This document shows, piece after piece, positions 1 to 11,360 of a stretch of DNA of 64,000 nt. Source of the DNA: Pristiophorus japonicus (Eukaryota); assembly GCF_044704955.1 (NCBI RefSeq), contig NC_091981.1:226238001-226302000 (forward strand), read 5' to 3'. The notes beneath the pieces are model-generated. The model searched no databases and was not told where the DNA came from. It was given only the letters and a program-made list of their open reading frames with translations. The translations under genes were made by a program, and so were the position numbers. Position 1 is the first letter of the stretch, and the number at the start of each line of letters is the position of its first letter.

Positions 1-95
1 CCTACTCTCTGTACTGCTTTAGTAGCCATGGCATTTATGTGGTTTGTTCAATTGAGTTTCTGGTCAAGTGACCTCCGAATGTCAATAGTGGTGTA
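1..95 (-). mobile_element. Fragment of an L2/CR1-group LINE RT C-terminal region (same family as 57180-57397)
   Basis: Reverse complement ...GGAGGTCACTTGACCAGAAACTCAATTGAAC...CACATAAATGCCATGGCTAC... aligns by eye with GGGGTCACCATTGACCAGAAACTTAACTGGACCAGCCAC at ~57265-57305. Confidence 0.6.
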
Positions 96-460
96 TTTTG
101 AACATGTAAGATAAGAACATAAGAATTAGGAGCAGGAGTAGGCCATTTGGCCCCTCGCGCCTGATCCCCCATTCAATAAGTTCATGGCTGATCTTCTACC
201 TCAATATCCTGCAATATCCCCATATCCCATGATTCCATTAATATTCAAAAATCTATCAATCTCTGTCTTGAATGTACTCAAAGACTGAGCTTCTACAGCC
301 CTCTGGAGTCGAGAATTCCAAAGATTCACAACCCTCCGAGTGAAGAAGTTTCTCCTCATCTCAGTCCTAATTGGCTAACCCCTTATTCTGATATTGTGAT
401 CCTTGGTTCTAGACTCCCCAGCCAGGGGAAACATCCTCCCTAAATCTACCCTGTCTAGCC

Positions 461-628
461 TGTAACATAGTTCCAGCTAGTGGCCTACTGCTCCACCTAG
501 TGGACTACTGTGGTAATGTAGCCATTGCTGTAAATGCAATAAAGACATCAGGTGAAAGGTCACCTGACAAGTTCCTGCGTTAACAGCCATCTTTGGTGTG
601 TTTGTGAGGTCATAAGGAATATATCACA
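461..628 (+). repeat. 5' LTR of Gypsy A (168 bp)
   Basis: TGTAACAT...ATATCACA, contains AATAAA (538-543), direct repeat of 3729-3864. Confidence 0.93.
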
Positions 629-3600
629 TTGGCGATAAAGAATAGGATAATTGGATTCCCGAGCTGAAATTTTTGTTGGTGGATGCTTCCAGCCAAACAA
701 CAGAGAGACTAGAGAGGTCCTTTATTTGCAGAACAGTTACAAATCCAAGGTAAACTATAAGCACACTTGGCTGAATTGCCAGAGTCAGATGGCCATGTCT
801 ATGGGAATAATAGGGCACTTGGGTGAGTTCCAACGTGACCGAGAGACTTTTGGAGCATATGTGGAGCAGCTAGAAATATTTTTCACCGCGAACAGTATCA
901 TCAAAGTGATGAAAACCATAACGTGGTGGTGTTGGAAAGAAAACGGGCTATTTTCTTGACTGAAGCAGACCCCAAGGTATATGAAACCCTGAAAAGTTTG
1001 TTTGTTCCTATCTAGCCAAAGGATACATCACTCATGGAGATTCTAAGGCATTTAGAACAGCAGTACAGTCTTGAGCCCCTGGAACTTGCTCAAAGTTATT
1101 GTTTTGGAATACGAATTCAATTGAATGACGAGAGTATCAGTGAGTACATTGTAGCTTTAAAAAAGCTATCCATTCACTGTCATTTCAGAAACTTTCAGGA
1201 TTGAGCATTGCACGACCACTTTGTTTGTGGGATGAAAAATGAAGCAATCAGGAGAACGTTGTTGACAACTCTTAACTTGACTTTTGATTTAACTTGTCAG
1301 ACAGCTATGTCGATGGACGTGGCCAATCAATACTCCCGAGAATTTCGTACCATTTCCAGTCATCAGCCAACCGAGGTGAATTGCCTGCAGGTTAAAAGTA
1401 AAAGGCAGTTGGGCCCCAAGGCCTCAGCAACTGGCCAAGGTAACAGAGCATTGAAGTCGTGCTATCGGTGTCTGGGACAACACATTGCTCAAAGTTGTAC
1501 ATATGTGAAGGCAGGATGTTTCTTCTGCAGGAAAACTGGGCACCTTGCAAAGGCATGCTGACTGAAGTGTAAGCCAACTTTCAAGGCTATAAATAGAAAT
1601 CCCCAAAGAGTACATAGCATGGAAGAAAAGCAACAGGATGAAGAGATACATATCATCAGGAGCACGAGGGTATCTAACAGCGATTCAAAAAGTATCATCA
1701 TCCAAGTAGATGTTGCAGGAACCAGGATACCCATGGAAATCGACACTGGTGCATCCATGAGTGTAGTACCGGAATCGCTATATCTCGACAAATTGCATGA
1801 TTTCCCATTGGAGAAATCCAAGATAGAGCTACGAGGATATTCAGGAGAGAACATTCCTGTGGTAAGTTGTATCACCGTACCGGTGAAATACAAGGATCAC
1901 TTTCAGAGCTTGCCTCTTTTAGTGGTGGCAGGAGATGTCTGCCTTACTAGGAAAAAATTGGTTGGGATCACTGAAGCTGGATTGGAGTGAGATTTTTCAT
2001 GTTGAAATGAGATATGCATCAAAGGATAATGTCATCAAGAATTATCTGAATGTGATCTACGAAACAGGCAGTCCGATCCAAGGCTTCAAGGCAAGTGTCA
2101 GGATACAGAAGGATGCTAGACCAGTTTACTGCAAGCCATGTGCCATACCATATGCACTCAAGGAGAAAGTTGAGCAAGAACTCAAAAGACTAGAGACTGA
2201 GAACTTTATCTCTAAGATAGATCCATGTGTTTGGGCTGCACCCATTGTTGATGTACCTAAGTCATATGGTAAGGTAAGGTTCTGTGGTGATTATAAAGTA
2301 ACCGTAAACCAAGTTCTAGAGGGTAATCTCCCCAATACCTTGCCAAATGTAGAAGATTTGTTCACAACACTGACAGGTGGTCAGATCTTCTCAAAGTTGG
2401 AGCTTACAAATGCCCAAATGCCGACTTACAACTGAAATTAGATGAGGAGTCCAAGTCATGTTTGATTATAAATACTCATCTAGACCTATATCAATTTAAA
2501 GGACTACCATTTGGAGTTTCTTTTGCCCTCGCCATATTCCACAGCGTGATGAACCAGATTTTGCAAGGTATTGAAGAGGAAGTATGTTATTTAGATGACA
2601 TACTAATTTCAGCAATAAACAGGCAAATCCAAAATAACGTATTAAATGAAATGTTCAAACGGCTAGAGAAGCACAGAGTACGAGTGACTGCTCGCAAGTG
2701 AGTTATTTCAAAACTCGGTGGAGTACTGAGGGCACAGAGTAGACAAAGATGGTTTACATCCAACCAGGGGAAAGCTGGATGCAATTAGAAATGCACCCAC
2801 TCTCAAGAATGTCACTGAACTTCGATCATTTTTGGGTCTTTTGAACTATTATGGGAGGTTCCTACCAAATTTGGTTACAATGTTACATCCACTGAATGAA
2901 CTATTGAAAACACAGGTCCAGTGGAAGTGGTCAGATGAATGCGATGCAGCATTCAAGGAGTGTAAAAGCCAGTTGATAGAGAGCACCATGTTAGTTCACT
3001 ATGACGTATCTAAGGAGATCAAGCTAGCATGTGACGCCTCCCCGTATGGAGTTGAGGCAATGATCTCTCATGTACTTCATGGGGGGAGGAGAGACCAATT
3101 GCTTCTGCTTCACACACTCTCAGTGAATGTAAAGAGAATCATGATGGAGGTAGAATAAGAGAGATAAGTGTGAAATTAAATCAAAAGATGAGAGTGAAGA
3201 ACCATCACCATAAAAGATTAAAGTGGTTACCAGGAAGAGAGGTGAAGATATGTGGTCCTCGCACATATTTGGTCAAGATGTTTGATCATGGACGGGTTAG
3301 GTTTGTTTACATTAATCAATATTTTACCTACAGATGTGGAAGGAAAGTTGGAATAATTCGATTATTTCTGATTCATAGCAAATCCTACATCAAATGTACT
3401 AGAAACAAGTCCAAGAGAAAGTCAGAATTTAAATCTGAGTCCGAGTCAGGCAGACAAAGTCTGAAGTTGTAGAGAGTTCAAATGTAAATCAAGAGCATCC
3501 CTTGGAGAAAAACTTTCCTCAAGATCAGCCTAGAAAGAGTCTGAGTTCGACACCATGTTTGGAAGGTTCTGTGCGAGAGTCAAGGTATCCTCTTCAAACA

Positions 3601-3728
3601 GAAAAACAGTGGTTAAGTTTGATTTGTAAATATGGCAAAATAAGTCCATATCTTTTATTATGCATAACCATGCAAGTTATGTATGATGATTGTTTGTTAT
3701 AGTTACCTCTTCATTAAGGAGGGAGAAA

Positions 3729-3864
3729 TGTACTGCTGTGATAAGGCAGCCATTGCTGTAAATGCAATAAAGTCATCAGGTGACAGGTCGCTTGACAAGT
3801 CCCTGTGTTATCAGCCATCTTTGGAGTCCTTGTGTGTTTGTGAGGTCGTAAGGAATATATCACA
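3729..3864 (+). repeat. 3' LTR of Gypsy A (136 bp; lacks 40 bp present in the 5' LTR)
   Basis: Follows the PPT, aligns to 505-628, ends ATATCACA followed by the TSD. Confidence 0.93.
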
Positions 3865-4091
3865 TAGCCCTGTAAGAATTGTGCATGTTTCAATGAGATC
3901 ACCTCTCATTCTTCTAAATCTAGAGGATTTAGGCCTAGTCTGCACAATCTCTCCTCATAGGACAATCCCCCCATCCCAGGAATCAGTCTGGTGAACCTTT
4001 GCTGTACTCCCTCTATGACAAGTATATCCTTCCTTATATAAGGAGACCAAAACTGTACACAACACTCCAGGTGCAGTCTCAACAGGGCATA

Positions 4092-4185
4092 ATCATCATC
4101 ATCATCATAGGCAGTCCCTCAAAACGAGGATGACTTGCTTCCACACTAAAAGAAGGATGAGTTCACAGGGTGTTTCAATGAAGCA
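4092..4185 (-). mobile_element. RTE-clade LINE 3' end with (GAT)n tail, running into an assembly gap
   Basis: (ATC)n-ATAGGCAGTCCCTC...GACTTGCTTCCAC matches the 3' end of the RTE copy at 58634 onward. Confidence 0.8.
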
Positions 4186-4385
4186 NNNNNNNNNNNNNNN
4201 NNNNNNNNNNNNNNNNNNNNNNNNNNNNNNNNNNNNNNNNNNNNNNNNNNNNNNNNNNNNNNNNNNNNNNNNNNNNNNNNNNNNNNNNNNNNNNNNNNNN
4301 NNNNNNNNNNNNNNNNNNNNNNNNNNNNNNNNNNNNNNNNNNNNNNNNNNNNNNNNNNNNNNNNNNNNNNNNNNNNNNNNNNNNN

Positions 4386-4423
<38 letters not shown>

Positions 4424-5130
4424 GGGTCGGAGGGAGAGAGGGTGGGGTCGGGGGGAGAGAGAGAGGGTGTGGGGTCAGAGAGAGAGAGAGAGAGAGAGGG
4501 GGTGGGGTCAGAGAGAGAGAGAGAGAGAGAGAGTGAGAGGGGGTGGGGTCAGAGAGAGAGGGGGTGGGGGCAGAGAGAGAGAGAGAGAGAGAGGGTGGGG
4601 TCGGGGGGGAGAGAGTGAGAGAGAGAGGGTGGGGTCGGGGGGAGAGAGAGAGAGAGAGTGTGGGGTCGGGGAGAGAGAGAGAGAGAGAGAGAGAGAGGGT
4701 GGGGTCGGGGGGAGAGAGANNNNNNNNNNNNNNNNNNNNNNNNNNNNNNNNNNNNNNNNNNNNNNNNNNNNNNNNNNNNNNNNNNNNNNNNNNNNNNNNN
4801 NNNNNNNNNNNNNNNNNNNNNNNNNNNNNNNNNNNNNNNNNNNNNNNNNNNNNNNNNNNNNNNNNNGAGAGGGTGTGGTCAGAGAGAGAGAGAGGGGGTG
4901 GGGTCAGAGAGAGAGAGAGAGAGGGGGTGGGGTCAGAGAGAGAGAGAGGGTGGGGTCAGAGAGAGAGAGGGGGTGGGGTCAGAGAGAGAGAGAGAGAGAG
5001 AGGGTGGGGTCAGAGAGAGAGAGAGAGGGGGTGTGGTCAGAGAGAGAGAGAAGGGTGTGGGGTCAGAGAGAGAGAGAGAGAGAGGGGGTGGGGTCAGAGA
5101 GAGAGAAGAGAGCGTGAGAGGGGGTGTGGG

Positions 5131-5163
<33 letters not shown>

Positions 5164-5969
5164 TGGGTCAGAGAGAGAGAGGGGGTGGGGCTGGGGGGAG
5201 AGGTGGGGTCGGGGGAGANNNNNNNNNNNNNNNNNNNNNNNNNNNNNNNNNNNNNNNNNNNNNNNNNNNNNNNNNNNNNNNNNNNNNNNNNNNNNNNNNN
5301 NNNNNNNNNNNNNNNNNNNNNNNNNNNNNNNNNNNNNNNNNNNNNNNNNNNNNNNNNNNNNNNNNNNNNNNNNNNNNNNNNNNNNNNNNNNNNNNNNNNN
5401 NNNNNNNNNNNNNNNNNNNNNNNNNNNNNNNNNNNNNNNNNNNNNNNNNNNNNNNNNNNNNNNNNNNNNNNNNNNNNGAGAGGGGGTGGGGCCGGCGGGA
5501 GAGAGAGGGTGGGGTCGGGGGGAGAGAGAGAGAGAGAGAGAGAGGGTGGGGTCGGGGGGAGAGAGAGAGGGTGAGAGAGAGGGTGGGGTCGGGGGGAGGG
5601 AGAGGGAGGGTGGGGTCGGGGGGAGAGAGAGAGAGAGAGAGAGGGTGGGGTCGGGGGGAGAGAGAGAGAGAGAGAGAGAGGGTGGGGTCGGGGGGAGAGA
5701 GGGTGGGGTCGGGGGGAGAGAGGGTGGGGTCGGGGGGAGAGAGGGTGGGGTCGGGGAAGAGAGAGAGGGTGGGGTCAGAGAGAGAGAGAGAGGGTGGGGT
5801 GAGAGAGGATGAGAGAGAGAGAGGGGGTGGGGAGAGAGAGAGGGTGGGGTCAGAGAGAGAGAGAGAGGGTGGGGTCAGAGAGAGAGAGAGAGGGTGGGGT
5901 CAGAGAGAGAGAGAGGGGGTGGGGTCAGAGAGAGAGAGGGGGTGGGGTCAGAGAGAGAGAGAGGGTGGG

Positions 5970-6004
<35 letters not shown>

Positions 6005-6060
6005 GAGAGAGAGGGTGGGGTCGGAGGGAGAGGTTGGGGTCGGAGGGAGAGAGGGTGGGG
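4386..6060 (+). repeat. Compound G-rich minisatellite GGGTGGGGTC(GGGGG/A)(GA)n, interrupted by N gaps
   Basis: Dozens of GGGTGGGGTC units separated by variable (GA)n. The ERER-rich ORFs here are artefacts. Confidence 0.95.
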
Positions 6061-7278
6061 TGGGGTCGGTGGGAGAGAGAAAGAGACTGGGAGCAGAAAG
6101 AGAGGGAGAGAGAGACTGGGGGCAGAGAGAGAAACTGGGGTTGTGGGGGAGACTGGGGGGATGGAGAGAGAGAAAGAGACAGACTAAGACTGGGGGAGGG
6201 AGGGAGGGAGAGAGTGGGGCAGTGTGGAGACTGGGAGGCAGAGTGGATCGAAGGGGAGAGAGAGACAGAGAATTCAGGGATGGCTGATCACGTTCTTCCA
6301 CCCCCACCTCCTTTACACCCACACCACATTCTCCCTCTCCTCCCCCGACAACTGGTTGATTTCTCGGAAAGCTCAGTGCATATGAGACAAGTGACATCAT
6401 TGGAGTGGACGAAATCCAGAAGTCACAACACTGTAACTATTCACTTCATACCCAATAAAATGTTAACAATTTGTGACCCGCACACAATACTCCATCTATG
6501 GCGGGGGTGGGGGGAGAGTAAGGTCAGGAACGTGTTGGAGGAGAAGGTCAAAAATTTAAGGACTTAAGGTGGGGGGGGGCGGTGGAGGTAGGTCAGAAAT
6601 GTGCAGAGGCGGAGTAGGGGGAGAAGGTCATAAAAGAGGTGAGGGCAGGAACTTGTTTGGGGGGTGGGAAAAGGTCTAAACCCATGAGAGTGAGCTCTGT
6701 CTGTCTAGAATAAAGCAGCATCTGCAGTATTTTGCTTTTATCTGTCTGGAGTCGGCAGTCAGAATGGCTCGAGTTTCACTTTGCAAAGTCACTGATTACG
6801 TAGGCAGGGCATTTCTAATTACAAATTCCAGAGAAACTGCTAGGTGTGTCTTTTCCTCCAAGGGGACCAATCAGTAATCGGGTCATGTGATCAAGGGGAC
6901 CCAATCAGAGCATTTTGCTGCTGCAAATAAGTGCGTCCATTGAACAACACATCCTTCAAATTATCATGAGGAATACTATGGGATGTGTGCATTTTTGTGC
7001 ATAAATTCTTATTTAAAATTAGTATACATTTCCTGATCCTTCTGTGTCACACTCCAAAAGAAATAAAGACACTCAGTGTCACTGGAGCCAGAATCAATCC
7101 AATTTCTGAATGCGATAACAGCCTCATATGAATTTACTACTTTACACCTTAAAACAAAGGCAAACATTTGATATAGGAGCTAGAATGTCTGTAACCAGTT
7201 TACTGGTTACTTTTTTTTTTAAAAAGGAAATAAAGCTAGTATTGTGACCTTAAGCCTTCAGAGAAATTAAACTGTGAC

Positions 7279-7489
7279 TGTTATGTATGTAATAACTCGA
7301 TAGACTGAATACTGTAAACTAACACGGGTATAAACCTGGCTCTGCTTTATTAGGGCCCAAAGTGATTGCATTTAATGATGGCTGGCCTTTTATACCTGGG
7401 CCGCACACATGTGCGTACAGCCCACGCCCAATGACTTCCGACAGTGGCGCCACCTGGTGGCTAGTAACGCCAAGCATACATGCATGACA
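7279..7489 (-). repeat. 3' LTR of Gypsy B (211 bp)
   Basis: Near-identical to 13375-13579. On the minus strand it carries a TATAAAA box and AATAAA. Confidence 0.95.
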
Positions 7490-9518
7490 ATATCCCCCTT
7501 TAAGATATTAGTAACAGTCTTTTTACAAATTGAGATAGTCCGGGGCTTTCCACTCCCGAGTTGATCGTCTCAGTCCAACTCCAGCCTTGGGTGAGTGTTC
7601 TGAGTCTGTTATGACTGGGGGCTGGGTAGCCGATCTGATGGGAGTGGCAATGACTATGTCAGGGATTGAAAGTCTGGATTCATTGATGACAGCGGAGTCC
7701 TCTGATGACTGAGGGTAGGTTGGTTGGTCACCGATTGATTGTGTCTTCCTCAGACTGTTCCGGTTCATCCGTCTGCCGCAGTTTTATCTAATCGACATGT
7801 TTCCTGCGTGTCTGCCCATTCTTGAGCTTGACGATAAACACACTGTTACCCTCTTGGCTGTAACAGTACAAGCGGTCCACTTGGGACCTTGACCTTAATT
7901 TAGTACATACACAGGATTGTTAACAGAAATGTCGCGTGACACTGCTAACTTTGATGTCTTTATTCAACATGATCGTTCAAGTCAGGGTGGACAAGAGAGA
8001 GCGTGGTCTTGAGATGTCTCTTCATCAATAGTTCAGCAGGGGAGACCCCGGTAAGCGTGTGGGGTTTTGTCCTCTTGTAACTAAGCAATATGTATGACAA
8101 ATGAGTCTGCAGTGAACCTTGAGTTACATGTTGCATACTCTGCTTGATGGTTCGGATAGCACGCTCTGCTTGACAATTAGACGTGGATTTGAATGGTACT
8201 GACCTCACGTGTTTGATACCATTGAGTTTCATGAACTCTTGAAACTCCAGACTAGGTGAAGCAAGGTCCTTGTCGCTTACAATGATGTCGGGCAGACCAT
8301 GAGTGGCAAACATGACACCACAGCTCTCAATGGTAGCTGTGATGTACTGGATGACATGATTATACACTCTATCCACTTGGAATATGCATCCACCACAACT
8401 AAAAACATCTTTCCCAGGGAGGGACCTGCAAAGTCGATGTGGATCTTGGACCATGGTTTAGATGGCCACGACCACAGACTCAGCGGTGATTCCGCTGGTG
8501 CTTTACTTAGCTGCATGCAAGTGTTTCACTGATGCACACGTGATTCCAGATCAGAGTCAATTCCAGGCCACCTCACATGAGACCTGGCGATGGCTTTCAT
8601 CATGACAATACTGGGATGAGTGCTATGTAGATCAGGTACAAATTTCTCTCTGCCTTTCTTAAGCACAACAACATGATTACCCCCCAGTAAACAATCTGAC
8701 TGAATGGATAGTTCGTCTTTTTAACGGTTGTAAGGTTTGGTCTCATCATCCATTTGCTTGGGTGTGGCAGACCAATCACCAGTAAGGACACAACGTTTCA
8801 CAACCGATAATATCGGGTCCTGGCTGGTCCAGGTCTTAACTTGTTGAGCCGTGACAGGGGTTCCTTCACTTTCAAAAGCATCCATAACTCACAGTAGGTC
8901 TGCAGGTTGTGGCATCTCCACCTAATCATAGGCAGATAATGTCAGCGCCCACCTTGATGCGGGCCGATGCATTGGTATTGATACCTTTATTTTCGGAAAA
9001 CAAATGAAATGAGTGACTTGTGATCTGCTTCCAGTTCAAACCGAAGACCAAACAGGTACTGATGCATCTTTTTAACCCCATACACACAGGCTAATGCTTC
9101 TTTTTCTACCATGCTGTAGGCTCTTTCTGCCTTTGGCAAACTTTTAGAAGCATACACAACAGGTTGTAGTTTACCCGACTCATTAGCTTGTTGGAGCACG
9201 CAACCAACTCCATATGACGAAGCATCATAGGCCAATACTAGATGCTTACATGGATCATAATGTACCAGCAGCTTGTTGGAGAAAAGCAGATTAGTAGCTT
9301 TCTCAAAAGCTCTATCTTGAGACGCAGCCCAAACCCAGTTGTCGCCCTTTTCTTAGCAGCATGTGCAGTGGCTCTAACGAAGTGCTCAATCTAGGTAGGA
9401 AATTACCGAAGTAGTTGAGTAGACCAAGGAACGAATACAGCTCCGTCACATTCTGAGGCTTGGGTGCATTTTTGATGGTCTTGGTTTTCGAGTCCATAGG
9501 CCTGATGCCTATGGACTC

Positions 9519-11360
9519 AACAAAGCTTTCACAGATATATAAAATGGAAAAGAGTGACTAAAGTAAATGTTGTTCCCTTAGAAGATGAGAAGGGGGATTT
9601 AATAATGGGAAATGTGGAAATGGCTAAGACCTTAAACAATTATTTTTCTTCGGTCTTCACAGTGGAAGACACAAAAACCATGCCAAAAATTGCTGGTCAC
9701 AGGAATGTGGGAAGGAAGGACCTTGAGACAATCACCATCACTAGGGGGGTAGTGCTGGACAGGCTAATGGGACTCAAGGTAGACAAGTCCCCTGGTCCTG
9801 ATGAAATGCATCCCAGGGTATTAAAAGAGATGGCGGAAGTTAAAGCAAATGCATTCATTATAATCTACCAAAATTCTCTGGACTCTGGGGAGGTACCAGC
9901 GGATTGGAAAACAGCTAATGTAACGCCTCTGTTTAAAAAAGGGGGCAGACAAAAGGCAGGTAACTATAGGCCGGTTAGTTTAACATCTGTAGTGGGGAAA
10001 ATGTTTGAAACTATCATTAAGGAAGAAATAGCGGGACATCTAGATAGGAATAGTGCAATCAAGCAGACGCAGCATGGATTCATGAAGGGGAAATCATGTT
10101 TAACTAATTTACTGGAATTCTTTGAGGATATAACGAGCATGGTGTATAGAAATGTACCGATGAATGTGGTGTATTTAGATTTTCAAAAGGCATTCGATAA
10201 GATGCCACTCAAAAGGTTACTGCAGAAGATAAGGGTACGCGGAGTCAGAGGAAATGTATTAGCATGGATAGAGAATTGGCTGGCTAACAGAAAGCAGAGA
10301 GTCGGGATAAATGGGTCCTTTTCGGGTTGGAAATTGGTGGTTAGTGGTGTGGTGCAGGGACCATAACTGTTTATAATATACATAGATGACCTGGAAGAGG
10401 GGACAGAGTGTAGTGTAACAAAATTTGCAGATGACACAAAGATTAGTGGGAAAGCGGGTTGTGTAGAGGATACAGAAAGGCTGCAAAGAGATTTGGATAG
10501 GTTAAGCGAATGGGCTAAGGTTTGGCAGATGGAATACAATGTCGGAAAGAGTGAGGTCATCCACCTTGGGAAAAAAAACAGTAAAAGGGAATATTATTTG
10601 AATGGGGAGAAATTACAACATGCTGAGGTGCAGAGGGACCTGGGGGTCCATGAATCCCAAAAAGTTAGTTTGCAGGTGCAGGTAATCAGGAAGGCGAATG
10701 GAATGTTGGCCTTCATTGCGAGAGGGATGGAGTACAAAAGCAGGGAGGTCCTTCTGCAACCGTACAGGATATTGGTAAGGCCGCATCTGGAGTACTGCGT
10801 GCAGTTTTGGTCACCTTACTTAAGGAAGGATATACTAGCTTTGGAGGGGGTAGAGAGACGATTCACGAGGCTGATTCCAGAGATGAGGGGGTTACCTTAT
10901 GATGATAGATTGAGTAGACTGGGTTTTTACTCGTTGGAGTTCAGAAGAATGAGGTGGGGATCTTATAGAAACATTTAAAATAATGAAAGGGATAGACAAG
11001 GTAGAGGCAGAGAGGTTGTTTCCACTGGTCGGGGAGACTAGAACTAGGGGGCACAACCTCAAAATACGGGGGAGCCAATTTAAAACTGAGTTGAGAAGGA
11101 ATTTCTTCTCCCAGAGGCTTGGGAATCTGTGGAATTCTCTGCCCAAGGAAGCAGTTGAGGCTAGCTCATTGAATGTATTCAAGTCACAGATAGATAGATT
11201 TTTAACCAATAAGGGAATTAAGGGTTACGGGGAGCGGGCGGGTAAGTGGAGCTGAGTCCACGGCCAGATCAGCCATGATCTTGTTGAATGGCGGAGCAGG
11301 CTCGAGGGGCTAGATGGCCTACTCCTTTTCCTAATTCTTATGTTCTTATTATGTTCTTAT
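9519..11360 (+). mobile_element. 5'-truncated CR1 LINE (RT domain to 3' tail) nested in the Gypsy B pol region
   Basis: ORFs 9554-10366 ([34 protein letters not shown]), 10493-10978 and 10983-11255; (TTCTTATG)n tail; ATGCC duplicated at 9505-9509 and 11359-11363. Confidence 0.96.

Larger units (their letters stand above)
461..3864 (+). mobile_element. Ty3/Gypsy LTR retrotransposon A, decayed, with an internal deletion removing most of RNase H and the integrase core
   Basis: LTRs TG..CA at 461-628 and 3729-3864; TSD TAGCC at 456-460 and 3865-3869; PBS-like TGGCGATAAAGAAT from 630; PPT AAGGAGGGAGAAA before 3729. Gag zinc knuckles CYRCLGQHIAQSC/CFFCRKTGHLAKAC, protease IDTGAS, RT YLDD and RNase H start CDASPYG are spread over frameshifted ORFs. 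Confidence 0.96.
101..4090 (-). mobile_element. CR1 LINE 3' fragment (101-460 and 3865-4090), split by a Gypsy insertion
   Basis: (CATAAGAA)n tail complement at ~101-127 followed by a typical CR1 3' UTR/ORF2 end. The sequence resumes in register after 3869 (TCTACCCTGTC-TAGCC-CTGTAAGAATT). Confidence 0.9.

Noticed and set aside
4130-6400. Long ERERG-rich ORFs
   Set aside because: Translations of the GA/G-rich repeat and of N gaps.
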